NCBI GenBank assembly: GCA_015680685.1
Contig: MNCI01000614.1
Span: forward strand, 660,248-724,247
Source: Gnetum montanum
Lineage: Eukaryota > Plantae > Gnetophyta
Direction: 5' to 3'
Length of the DNA: 64,000 nt
Shown here: positions 26,553-39,579 of the stretch, piece by piece
How the letters are laid out: each line of letters starts with the position of its first letter
How positions within the stretch are numbered: the first letter of the stretch is position 1
Notes under the pieces: generated by a model
The model's database searches: none
Seen by the model: the letters and a program-made list of their open reading frames with translations, nothing else
What the model was told of the DNA's origin: nothing
Made by a program: the position numbers and the translations under genes

Positions 26553-28124
26553 TACCCCCATGCCTGAATAAAAACTCATCCTCAAGTTCCTTACAAAATA
26601 TTAGGATGGTATGGAATTATTGACTCAAAATGGAACTAATGGGATGACATGTGAACGGATCATCATTACAAGATAAGACAAAACTAGTGTTCACGACAAC
26701 AAGAGTGAACACTTTATACATTTGATATCAAGCCTCATTTGGCAGCTGAGAAAGAGAGAGAGAGAGAAAGAAGTTTTGTTTTTGCCAACGCCAAGATTGT
26801 GCCTTTTTTTGCCTATCCATAAGCACGCCATCCATCTCGTTTTTTGCATAGTTGTTTCAGTGCCGATCCATTCCAAGTGTTTCCTCCAAATCCAATCCGT
26901 TGTTGTATGATCACCATCTGCACACACAACATAGTCTTTATATTAGTAAGGGTAAATGAATCATAATGCAATTGATACCTTGCTTTGGTGAAAGGTCCAT
27001 TGGTTGAGTTGTGATATGGCTGATACGGATTTGGAGGTATCATAGTGGTGACTACCGAAGCTATAAGGGTTAGGAGAAAATCAAAAATTTCAGTCTGGAC
27101 CCCCATGACTAAGAGCAAACCTTTGGTAGCGATAGAATGGAGAAAAAATAAAAAACAAGAAAGATGGAGAAAAAGAGACAAATATAACATCGATGAAATG
27201 GATTTCANNNNNNNNNNNNNNNNNNNNNNNNNNNNNNNNNNNNNNNNNNNNNNNNNNNNNNNNNNNNNNNNNNNNNNNNNNNNNNNNNNNNNNNNNNNNN
27301 NNNNNNNNNNNNNNNNNNNNNNNNNNNNNNNNNNNNNNNNNNNNNNNNNNNNNNNNNNNNNNNNNNNNNNNNNNNNNNNNNNNNNNNNNNNNNNNNNNNN
27401 NNNNNNNNNNNNNNNNNNNNNNNNNNNNNNNNNNNNNNNNNNNNNNNNNNNNNNNNNNNNNNNNNNNNNNNNNNNNNNNNNNNNNNNNNNNNNNNNNNNN
27501 NNNNNNNNNNNNNNNNNNNNNNNNNNNNNNNNNNNNNNNNNNNNNNNNGTCTAAGGGGTGTGCTTTGAATTCTCACTATTTTTTTTTGTTGTTTTATGTA
27601 TTTATGTGTGAGAACCACACCATGCAAAGACTTTGTTATTTTTATTTTCTTAGCTTCCCAATAATTGGGTAATGTCAGAACAGTAAGAAAACTCAAGAAG
27701 AAAACATCCAAGCACCCAAGAGAACGGCCAACATAAATGCATCAAGTTCCCTTGAACTCACACCCTTTTCAATCCTTGAGTCCTTCCTTAGTTTGAGAAA
27801 TGCCTAGTCACCGATTCATTGATAGTTCTTATTTAGAAAGGGACTATACATTTCCAAGCCAAGAGAGACTATAGAAATCTATGGATGTATGGATGAAGTG
27901 GACTCATTGTTTGCTATATCAAAAGAACCATACCTTAGTATCAACATCATGACTTAAAGGTAAAAACCAAACATTAGCAACCAATAGAAAAATAGTCCAT
28001 ACTATCATTAAGAACACTTATTGGTGACAAACTTAACAGAATGGATAATTCACACGCACACACACACAAGAAATGAAAAATTATGAATGATGTTGTAAAA
28101 TAAAAACAAGAAAATTTAAAGAAA

Positions 28125-28200
28125 TTTGTAAAACAAAAATGTGTAAAACAAAAATGTATAAAACAAAAATGTGTAAAACAAAAACGTGTAAAACAAAAAC
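28125..28200 (+). repeat. 15-bp tandem repeat (AAAACAAAAATGTGT-like), about 5 copies
   Basis: Visible directly; a related motif occurs at ~53095-53170 in element Z. Confidence 0.85.
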
Positions 28201-28289
28201 TTAAAAAGAACTGAGGGCCCCAAATGATTAGCATAGGTGGTTATCTGCCGAATGACTGAATGAAAAGGGCAGGATCCAAAATAACGAGT

Positions 28290-31200
28290 ACCTTTTTAAA
28301 TTTCTTAGAAGTGTCCAACTTCTTCCAACTGATGTTTTCAGGTTCAAGGATGAAAGTTGGCAACGCTCATATTCCAATGTATCTATGCTTTTGTTATGGG
28401 CATGAGTTATTCCCCAAGTTCATTCTATGCATGTTGGTTGGTTGCTCTTTCGATTAGCTATCAACCACGGGGTGTCCACTTGTTGTGTGGTTGCTTCATA
28501 TATGCACCTTTGTCTTAGAGTTTCTAAGGCATACCAGTTGCATGCAAGAGATGCTGAGCATTCCTCCATGTCATCACCCTCGAAGTCACTATATGTGATG
28601 CATGGAACTTTCTTCTTCTCGATCTTTTCATAAATGTTTACCTTAGATATTTCCAGGGAAAGATTGTGAATCCCTAGGCATGCACCTATTGTACTTAGCC
28701 ATGCCCTTCCCATTATAATTGAGAAGTCCCCTTTGTCATTGTTTATGTGGATCACCAGGAAATCAGCTGGGTATGACCAACCACACATAGTGGTAACGAT
28801 GTCCTCCATCAATCCCAATTGAATGGTGATGGATTGGTTAGCCAGCTCTAGTTGAATGTTGCTCTTCTTGAGTTGGGGCAGGTTCCAGGCTTGATACATT
28901 TCTCGTGAGATTAAGTTGACTCTGGAACCTGAATCAAGAAGAGCCTTATGAGGTTCATTCCTAGCAACTTAAGGGACTTACAGGGTCAAATAGTTTCCTG
29001 GGAAGGTCGCCTACCTTGATCTAGTCATTTACGGTATGTGTTAACATAACCATATGTGTTAAGCTTTGTGGTTGGTTTGAAGGGAGCTCCGAAGCCTTAT
29101 GTGTTGAGGAGCATATACAAACTCAACTGCTTGTGGTTGTGAAAGCTTATCTGGGCTTTTAATTCTAAAGAAAGGTCTTCTCTTCTTGCGATTGTCAGAA
29201 CCAACAACGGATTGAAGGTTTACAACTCTCGTAGCATTACGTTGCTGTGGTTGAGTGGGGAGTTCCCTTTGCATTGTTGGAGCAGGAGGTATTGGAACTA
29301 ACAGTGTGTGAGAGGTGGATGGATTTGAAGGATGGTATGGGTGTGGAGTATCTCCCGGAGGAGAAAGAGTCCTTCTAAAATACTCCCGAACTTGGTAGTG
29401 ATGTTGTGGAGTTGTGTGACCCATGGCTGTTGCATGTAGTAGCCATATGAGTCTGGTTGCCAGTAAGGGTATTGCTGTCTAGGCGGTGGCATCCCCCATG
29501 ACTGTGGGCGTTGCCACTTCTAATGTTGCTCGATAGGTTGTGGCAGAGTTCCACTTGGATAATGCGTTAACGGTTGGTGGAACTGCCTCAGGTTACCTTG
29601 GGGATAAGGTAACCAACGAGGTGCTTGTCGTCTATTAAGTCTCGGGTTGAGTGCATACATCCCAGACTCTTGTAGATGTGAGATTATTGGGCAATATCCC
29701 TTAGGATGGTCATATTGGAAGATCTCACATCCACCATCATTTTCTATGTCAGAATCCACAACCTCATCGACGATGTTCATTTTCCCCTTACCTTTGTCAT
29801 GTGCATGACCTGAATCTCTCTGCTTTTTCTTATCCTTGTCACTACTTCATTCCTCCTTAGATTCCTCTACAATTTTTAGGAAAATTTCAATTTTACTATC
29901 TAAGGAACTCCATATTTCATCTACTTTAGCCGATACTTCCATTGTTAGCTTTTGAAGTGGCAAGGTTTTTCTATTCACCAACTCCTTGAGTGGTGACTCA
30001 TCCTCTTCATCGCAGAATCTCACTCCCCTCTTCTGGAGGAAAGGATTGCTGTTATATTCTTCCATGCTTTCTCTTTTCCATAGCTACCCTTCTTCTTTAG
30101 CTACTTGCTCCAAAAATCTGTGAAGTTCATGGGATCTAAGTTCTAATAATCTCCCTTGGGCATAAGTCCCAAGGGTTCTCCTAGTTTCGTGTCTTAGCCC
30201 ATCTATGAGGTGGCGTAGTTGATCCCGTTGTGCGTAACCATGGCCCGGGAAACGATGTAGCAATACATAATATCAGCCCATGGCAGTATCCAAGGGTTCA
30301 TAATTACCTTTCTTCCATCCTTGGATCTACTTACACAAGTTAGACACTCTAGAGTACATTTGATATTTATCGTTGAAGAGTTCTAACATTGTACTCCACC
30401 TCCTAATGGTTTCCAGTTCTAAGGACTGGTACCAACTCTCTGCTTCTTTTATGAGTGTCCTAGGAAACAAATTTAGCTTCTACCACTTGTTTTCTATGTT
30501 CTGCAAGGTGTAGGCATCGTGGAATTCCTATAAATGATTTTGCAGATTAGCGTTGTATCCCCCTTCGAATCGTGGGATATTATTCATATCTAATCTCTTT
30601 ATTCGACTATCCTTTTGATACCTTGTAGGTATTCTCACTACCTCTATTATATCTAACATACTTTGGGTGGCAAGTAGGGGTTCATCATGATCATCTCTTT
30701 CATGACGTCTATGATGCCTACGTTGTTCCCTACTTTTTCTTCTACCATGCCTAAACTCTCTAAACTACCCTCATCCTCTCTCTTGATTTTCTCGTCGAGG
30801 TCTCTCATTTTGCTTACCCTTATCCTCACTGTTATGTTCTTGGTGACGGTGCCCTAATGTGGAAGGAGAGGGTGAATGATGTGATGAAGGGGAAGAAGAA
30901 GGAGAACCATCTCCATAATGATGTTTCTTACCTTCTCTTCGATGGCTTCGGCCCTGATCGTGATGATGATTTGAGTGCCCATCCTTATCATGTTTTTTTG
31001 TTCCCTTGGTGAATAGTTGGAGTTCACGGGGATCAGAACCACGGTTGCATATCATGGAGTGTAGGTTTTGATACCCCACCTCCTCACTATCGTTAGGAGG
31101 GGAAACATCATTTGATGAAGAACCTATTATGATTGGTTCACCATCTCCTATTTCTCTTAGGATATGCAGGACCCCTTTTCCCTTCAACAATGTATGGTGG

Positions 31201-31565
31201 CTCTCCTACCTTGAGTCCCTTAAACGTTGTGCTATTTTGGGATGGTAATCCCTATGTCAAAATCACCTATAATGTACTCAGCATATAGCTGTGTCATGCC
31301 TATCTGTGCAAGAGCACGAAGAAGTATGTCAGGGATTGCCCGATCTAGAGGTAACACTATGTTATCTTGAAAATCTCTCCAACGCAATTGTTCATCCTGA
31401 TTGAGGATAAAGGTAAAATCAAGTATATTCTCATCATGATGAGTATATACCACCCTATATTGTTGAGGAACTGGTGGATTTTGGTTATGTATGTTAGACT
31501 ACTGACTACTTCTTGTATGATCCCTAGGTGGTGAAGTGCTCTTATGAGAAGAAGAAGAAGACATT
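28290..31565 (-). pseudogene. gag-protease of X (disrupted)
   Basis: ORF fragments 28420-28899, 29059-29424, 29847-30065, 30771-31190, 31232-31453; colinear with element A. Confidence 0.85.
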
Positions 31566-31687
31566 GTGTCTTATTCGGTGTGTTGATTAACTGTTATATA
31601 ATTTTTTTTAATTAACCCTAAGGGTTCGTTTAGGCTCCCAATGATGTGGATAATTTCCTATGTTCTACTTAGCGCACAAACACTTAG

Positions 31688-31705
31688 TCCCCAGCAACGG
31701 TGCCA
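31688..31705 (-). promoter_or_regulatory. PBS (tRNA-Asp type) of X
   Basis: Minus strand TGGCACCGTTGCTGGGGA adjacent to the LTR. Confidence 0.9.
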
Positions 31706-31706
31706 A

Positions 31707-32563
31707 TGATGAGTGGCAAGGTATCCCTATACTCAACCATATAAATATGAGCGTTACACACATGATCTGGTCGAACTCCGTAAACGAAGTGCCTACACGC
31801 CTTATGAAACACTTAAGGTTAATCATTTGTTGTCTTCCCAAACTTGTATTTGTCATGGTTGTATGGTTAAGTAAGTCTGAGGTATATGATTTTTATATCT
31901 TTTCTATTTTATCTCCTATGTTGATGAGGTAAAGGGTGAAGAGACTAATTACTAACTTTAACTAACTAACTAAGCCTTAATTAACCTAGTATCAGCATCC
32001 GTTTCCACTTACCATTCACACCATAATCCAATGCAACCTTGGTTACCAAACGCTACTCGTTGCTGGGATCACCGAGCATAACGCACATGCTCGAAGCGGT
32101 CATACTGAATGCACTTAACTACAAGAGAAGGGTTGAGAGAGATTTAATGACTAATAAAGCAATTAAATGATAAGTAATAAATAATAGTAAATAAAATCCT
32201 AATTAGCCTATTCCATGCACTGCAAGGGTTATCCAAGAAGTTCGTCTTTATTTTCGTACACAAAATTATGTTTAGGTACAATATTTGCTCGAATAAAGAT
32301 CCGTTCACTTTGGAGCTCCTATTGTAGGCACATGGAAATTATTTTATCTCTAGAGAGGTAAAACTACCAAAGTTTCGCTATGGTGTAGGCCTAGAATGAC
32401 AAACAAGGGAGAGCCACCTCTTATTTATAGATCTAACGGTGCACTGCGATATCGCGTATGTGATATCGCAGGGGAAGACGCAATATCACGTACACGATAT
32501 CATAGGGGATGCAATATCGTAGTGGATGCGATATCGTGGCCCATGCGATATCACGTCCCATCA
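31707..32563 (-). repeat. 5' LTR of X
   Basis: TGATGAG...CATCA, 857 bp; TATA-like CTATAAAT on the minus strand at ~32423-32430. Confidence 0.9.
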
Positions 32564-32654
32564 ACCATCTACAGTGAGATTCTACAGTGAAGCAAGATCA
32601 TCGAAGGAGTCGCATAAACAATGGTAGCAAAGTGGCTAAGCGCAAACAAAAACA

Positions 32655-33260
32655 GCAACACATGCTAGTTTCCATACTAGAAAACTCCCACTTTGTCAAC
32701 AAATACATGAAGGATAACCAAAAAAGCCTCCATGAACATCAATGTCTACTTGTTTTGGGACTCAACTACGTTGGAATTCAATGCCTACAAGGAAATGCGG
32801 GGTTGTTTTGCTGAGTGGACATGAGAAATCTATTGCTATTGCAAGTGCCAAACAAAATTCCATTGGGAGCAGGGCACTACCCTTCAAAGATTTAGTGGTA
32901 TTTGACGATCTAGTAATGTAGGGGACGAAGAACACATCTCATGCTCTTGGCAAAGCCCAAGGACTGTACATGAACATAGGACACAAATCACCTTTACTTG
33001 GCGGACATAGATCTATTAGTTATTGGCAGCACCAATGCCTTTATCTTTGATCATGGCATTGCCTGATGCATCACATCTTAGCTCCTTAGAATCAGGCTCT
33101 GTTTTTAACATGAATGACTACGGTAGGGATAAAATTTCTTATACATTTCTGATGGTGGTGGAAGGCTACCCAATTTGGCACACCAATCCAAACCAGATCC
33201 ATGGTTGGAAAGGGCTATGCTTGGATATCAAGAATGGCAATGACAGCAACAGGGCTAGGT
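32655..33260 (+). pseudogene. Captured host gene fragments in the 5' LTR of Y (ACC synthase, dirigent, ricin-B-like lectin)
   Basis: GIQCLQGNAGLFC*VDMRNLL; FKDLVVFDDLVM*GTKNTSHALGKAQGLY; IHGWKGLCLDIKNGNDSN. Confidence 0.75.
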
Positions 33261-34038
33261 GGTCGTCTTTTTGCAGGGAAAATCAACACCTACGTGGGGC
33301 ATCACATACACCTCTTTTGTAGCTTGCCTTAAAATTCATATTAATTTAAAAAATTAGAAAGCTAAGATTAGTAGTAGTACCAATTTTAACAAATTGGTAT
33401 TGGGTTTTGTAATACCTATATATTATTATAATATTTATTTTTAAACCTTGTTGCAATATAAATAAGGCATCATTTGTGTATGAATACAGGGGGGCATTCA
33501 TTAGGCACAAAAGAAGAGAACACATTGTACATACACATTAAAAAAAATTTCATTTCTTTTGAGAAAACAAGAGAGGATGAGTTGATACCAATGAATTCTA
33601 CATCGAATTGGAATTAATTATTCTTGAGATTTTTGTTGAAGATTTGTTGAGCCTTGTGGAAATTCTTATAATTCATCATTAAAATTGTTGCATTGTGGAA
33701 ACAGCAAGGTAGGATTGCAATTTAGGCAAGTCCTTTGTGATCTTCAATTATTATTTATAATTTCAATTTTATTTAATTATAAATATTTATTCTTGAATTT
33801 GTGATTAGAAGTTTGGATAAAAGTTTATAATTTTACTTCTAAGTGAGAGGCATAAGTGTGGAATTTAATTGAATTCAATTCTAACTATTTATTGTTTTAA
33901 TGATTTCTTTGACTTTTTAACTGCTCATCCATGGGATACGACTTGCAGGTTAGTCACAGACAAGGTGACAATATCTAGAATAAGGAAAAAATAAATTTTA
34001 AAGATATTCAGCACCAAATTTTTTCTGGCTCATCAATT

Positions 34039-34056
34039 TGGCACCATTGCTGGGGA
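34039..34056 (+). promoter_or_regulatory. PBS (tRNA-Asp type) of Y
   Basis: TGGCACCATTGCTGGGGA three bases after LTR end ...GCTCATCA (34035). Confidence 0.88.
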
Positions 34057-34499
34057 GGTTGGCAGAGTTAATCATCATCAAGGGTTCAATAAGCTTTATT
34101 TTTTTTATTTTTTTTATTTCTTCATGCTTTTTATTTTAGCATTTTATTTTTCTTTTATTTTTGTAAATTAAGAAATGGTTTCTTTTACTTGTTTTTCCTA
34201 TCTAAAGAAAAATAAAAATAAAAATAAACAAAAATCCTAGAAATCAGCTCCTCTTATCATACAACCAGCTAAAATCATTAAAAAAGTTGCAATTAAAGCT
34301 ATGATACTAAGAGCCATTAAATCAATTTGTAAATTTTTAGGAATGATAGCCCATGAATGTGCCAACGAAGAGTGTTCATGTTAAATGAAATCAACAAAGC
34401 AACCAAAGAAACCCACATGAATTCAACCATCTAGAAGCACTCTTAACCTTTATAGATGTACAAAAGTTAATCAAAATCAAAATAAAAAATAACCAATAT

Positions 34500-37400
34500 G
34501 ATCAAGATCTGATTATTCTTCCCCTCAAGAGACACAAAATCCCAACGAGAAAATGCAACCTAATTTTCCATAACTATCAACCCTCTATTTGACATTTCAA
34601 CATTAGCCATGAGTTCAACTACGAGGGTAGGATCTCAAGATTTAAATACTACCTCAATATCAATCTATGTGAGCACAATTGGAGGTATTACCCTACCAAT
34701 AAGCACTTTGAATATACAAACTCCACCAATAGTAACCTCATTACCAAGTCCTATAGTAACTCCAACAATAGCTTCAACTTATACTATGGGATCATACTCA
34801 CATCATGTACCTCCTGCATTCTCTTTAGGTCCAATTTCTCTCTCTTTTGGTAGTTTGAGCTCTAATGTTCAAGTTAATCAACCATACCTAGGACAAACCC
34901 TTGGAGAATTATTAAATCAAGGAACATCAATTATACCTCAAGGCCCATTGGTTTTCCCACAATTAGTTCTTGGGATGAGTTTAAGAACACTTTCCTACAA
35001 AGATTTCTTTCTAATGATAGGCTATACTCATTAAGAAAGCAATTAATGAGTTTCATGCAACATGAGAATGAGGACTATGAAAGCACCTTTGATAGTTTTA
35101 AAGGGTAATGTTTAAGGAATCCAAACCATGGCTTTCCAGCCCCATCAATTAATCCAAATCTTTGTAGAAGGATTACTACCTTATTGTAGGAAAAATGTTG
35201 ACTTTGCATGTGGGGGAAATATTTTAAATGTGACACCAAAAGATGGTTGGAGAATTATAGATTCATTAGTAGACCAAAGTAAACGTTGGCCAAAACCCAA
35301 CATTATGCAAGGCATGACTCAACAAATAGAACAATTAAATAGAAAAGTTGATGAGTAAACATGTGTTTTTTGAAAAACAAGCTCATGGAATCCAAAGTGA
35401 AGCATGCACCATTTGTGGTAGTCCCCAACATGACCAAATGACTTGCCCAACCTTGTATTATTCTTAAGAGGAAATACAAGAGTTAGCTAAGGCTTTTCAA
35501 CAATTTAAGAGCCAACCAACAATGAACTTTCCTCAATTACCATTCTACACACAACAACATCATCAAAATAATTTTAGGCCATTTAAGAATCTAACTAATG
35601 AACACATAGATAAACTCACCCAAAGCCTCACTTAATAGAAGAAAGTAGATAATTTATGAGTGAAACTAGGAGAAGATTTCAAGACTTAACTAGACATGAA
35701 TTACAATCTCAACTTGAACCTAATCCTACATCTCAAAGAAAAGTAAAAGATCAATTACATTACTACAAGGAGTGGAAAAATAATTGAACCTAAACCCCAA
35801 AAGAAGGTGATATTCCAAGAGGTAGAAACACAATAGTAAATAGAACCACAAGTATTCAATAAGAAAGATCAACCAACTATGGAAAAAGAACAACCATTAC
35901 TCTCTAGACAACCAATTTTACCTCATTTTCCTAAACAATTGTAAGAAAACTTCACAACCAAAGCCCATCTTGAAAAAATGTTTAGTGAACTATACTTGCA
36001 TATTCCTTTAGATTAAGTAGTAAAATACATGCCACTGTATGCCAAATACTTAAGGGAATTATGCACCAGGAGAAGAAAAGAAAAAATTCCTAAACAAGTT
36101 TATTTAGTTGATAATCTTTCTCAACTTATACAAAGACATGAAATTCCTAAATACCAAGATCCAGGAGTTCCTACCATTCCAATCAAGATAAATGGACAAG
36201 AAATTAGGAATGGCCTATTGGATTTAGGAGCTAGTATTAATATTATGCCTCTTGAAATGGCTAGATAACTAGATATAGAGGATATAAGAAGAGTAAACAT
36301 GACAATATCATTAACTGATGGTTCAAGTGTAACACCCATAGGAATCATAAAAGACTTAATAATAAAGGTAGAAAAAGGAAAATACCCAATTGATTTTGTA
36401 GACCTAAAAGTGAAAGATCCTAATTGTTTTCCCATTATATTAGGTAGACCTTCGTTAGCAATGACTGATGTAGTAATTAATTGTAGATCTGGCCAGCTTC
36501 AACTCTCATTTGCAAATCTCACTTTTAAACTAAATGTATATGATAAGGTAAAAGAAGATCATTTAAATATAGACTTGAGGCAGGTAAGAATGCTCTACAC
36601 TCTACCCACTTCAGCAATGGCACAAGCTAGGGAAACCTTAGTGTTAAATAATTTTGAGGAAGGACCTTTAGACCCCTCAACTACGAAACAACAAGATTTC
36701 CTTGACCAAATTCTAAATTTAGGGTCTGAAAATATTGCAGAAATAATTCAACCTACACATAAATATTCCTTAGATCTTAAAGAATTACCTTATACACTTA
36801 AGTATATTTTTCTAGACAAAAATAAGTCATTAATAATAAATTCCCAACTTACCAATGAGCAAGAAAATAAACTATTAGAAATCTTGTGTAGAAAATTTGA
36901 GGCATTTGCATGGAGCTATGAGGACCTTCATCAAGGAATCTCACCCAACATCTACCAACATCGTATCTATCTATAATACAATGTTAAACCAAAAATAATT
37001 CCCCCAAGATGAATTAATCTAGCCTTAAGAAAATAGTTAAAGAAAAAATTTCAAAACTTTGGAAAGGAGAAATCATTTATCCAATAGTAGATAGTGAATG
37101 GGTAAGTCCCATTACTATAGTTCTAATAAAGGTTGGAAAATGGAGAGTTTGTGTAGACTATAGAAGATTAAACCAAAACACAAAAAAAGACCATTTTCCA
37201 TTACCATACATAGATCATATTCTAGAAAAAATAGGACATGAATACTACTATTTTTTGGATAGATTTAGTGGTTACAATCAAGTAGCTATTTCCCCTGAAG
37301 ACCAACATAAAACAACCTTTACATGTCCTTATGGAAATTTTTCTTATAGACGACGAATGCCTTTTGGCTTTTGTAATACACCAACCACTTTTTCGAAGAG

Positions 37401-39579
37401 CCATGATCTCAATATTTTCGAATATGTTAGAAGACTATGTTGAAGTCTTTATAGATGATTTTTTAGTTTATGGGGATACTTATGGTGAAACCTTACAACA
37501 TCTTGAACATGTCTTAGATAGATGTATAGATAAAAATTTAAAACTAAGTTGGAAAAAGAGTCATCTAATGGTTACAAGTGGTGTAGTATTAGGACATGTT
37601 ATTTCTAAAGAAGGGATAAGAATGGATGATGAGAAAATAAGCGTCATATCTACACTTCCAGATCCAACCAATTTAAAGACTCTTTGATCTTTTTATAGGA
37701 CATGTTGGATATTATAGAAGATTTATCAAAGACTTCTCAAAACTTGCTAAACCAATATATATGCTCCTAGAAAAGGATGTTTCATTTGTTTGGACCAATT
37801 ATTGTCATGAAGCATTTTTGGAACTAAAAAGATGAGTAACCACAACCTCTATATTAAATGCACCTAATTCGGATTATCCATTTCATTAAATGTATGATGC
37901 TAGTGACACAGCAATAGGGGTAATTTTGGGACAATACATTGATAATAAATAAAGAGTGATTTATTATGTGTCCAAAAGTTTAGACCAAGCCCAAGTAAAT
38001 TATACAACTATAGAAAAAGAACTATTAGCCATTGTATATGCTCTAGATAAATTTAGACATTATTTAATTGGATATAAAACTAGAGTATATATTGATCATT
38101 CAGCCATTAAATTCTTAGCTTCTAAAAAAAATAGAAAATTCAAGAATAATGAGATGGTGTTTATTACTCCAAGAATTTGACTTAGTTATTATAGATAAAA
38201 GAGGTAGGGAAAATGTAGTAGCAGATAATATTTCTAGGTTAGAAACTCCTAATGAGAATCAAACAAAAATAAATTTTCATGATGAATTTTCTGATGAACA
38301 ACTTTTTTCTACAAAGAAGAATCCTTGGTTTGTTGATATAGCCAATTATCTAGCTACTATGAAAACTCTTACCAATTGGATTAAGGAAGAAAAAAAAATA
38401 TTTCTTACATAAAATATCTAGATACATTTGGAGTAGTCCATACCTCTATAAATTATGTAAAGATAATATAGCAAGAAGATGTGTGGTTGAAAATGAACAA
38501 CAAGAAATTCTACAAAAGGGTTTATGATGGTTTAGGGGGAACCCACTTTGATAGTAAATGTACTACCATCAAAATCCTTCAAAGTGGATTTTATTGGCCC
38601 TCCATTTTTAAAGCTTCATCTAAGTATGTGCAAGAGTCTAATAAATGTCAACAAATGGAAGCTAAAAGAAAAAGACATGAAATGCCCTTAAAATCCATTT
38701 TAATAAAAAAACCATTTGATGTGTGGGGTATCGACTTTTTAGGACCATTTTCACCATCTAATGGATGTTAATACATTTTGGTTTGTATTGACTATGTTAC
38801 TAAATGGGTAGAAGCAAAAGCCACCCCAACAAATGATGTAAAAGTAGTTGTAGCATTCCTTAGGGAAAATATTTTAACATGCTATGGAACTCCACGGGCA
38901 ATCATTAGTGATCAGGGAACCCATTTTGTCAATAAAATCATGAAAAAATTCCTTAAGTCTTGTGGTATCCAACATATAATAGCTATTGCCTATCATCCAC
39001 AAATAAATGGCTAAGTAGAGAATGCTAATAAAATTATCTTAAATATATTAACAAAAACTGTATGTACCAAAGGGAAGGATTGGTTTAAAAAATTACAAGA
39101 TGCACTTTGGGCTTGTAGAATTACTTATAAACCAAGTTTAGGTTATTCAACTTATCAATTGGTTTATGGTAAGTTATGTTTATTACCAGTTGAACTAAAA
39201 TATCAATTTTTATGATTAACCCAACAACTCAATTTTGATGAAGACATGAACCAAGCCTCTAGAATTAATCAACTTCATGAACTTGACGAAATGAGGCTAC
39301 ATGCCCTAGATAAGCAAAGAATTGTAAAAAGATAAATGAAAACATTACACAATAAAAATATCTTTAAAAAATAATTCTCTGTAGGTGAAAGTTTTATTTT
39401 ACAATATGAGATTACATAAATTTCCAAGAAAATTAACAACTAGGTGGAAAGGCCCTTATTTAGTTGTTCAACCTCATGATAATGGAAGTATCCTCATATC
39501 ACCTATCGAAGATTCCTCAACAACGTTCCTAGTCAATGGTCAAAGACTTAAGCTATATCATCAACACCACATTGAGTAA
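34500..39579 (+). pseudogene. gag-pol of Y (gag, protease, RT, RNase H, integrase), many stops and frameshifts
   Basis: LLDLGASINIMP; DHFPLPYIDHIL; EVFIDDF; NYTTIEKELLAIVYALDKFRHYL; PFDVWGIDFLGPF; GTPRAIISDQGTHF; RWKGPY...VNGQRLKLY. Confidence 0.93.

Larger units (their letters stand above)
25757..32563 (-). mobile_element. Non-autonomous Athila-type element 'X' (LTR-gag-protease-3' region-LTR, no RT/RH/INT), same family as A
   Basis: LTRs at 25757-26552 and 31707-32563; TSD ACCAT at 25752-25756 and 32564-32568; PBS at 31688-31705; PPT-like TGGGGGTA next to 26552; protease ORF 28420-28899. Confidence 0.92.
24239..34035 (+). repeat. 5' LTR of Y (24239-25756 plus 32564-34035; contains an N gap and is split by element X)
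   Basis: 25140-25756 aligns with 41465-42058; 32564-34035 aligns with 42053-43517. Confidence 0.9.
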
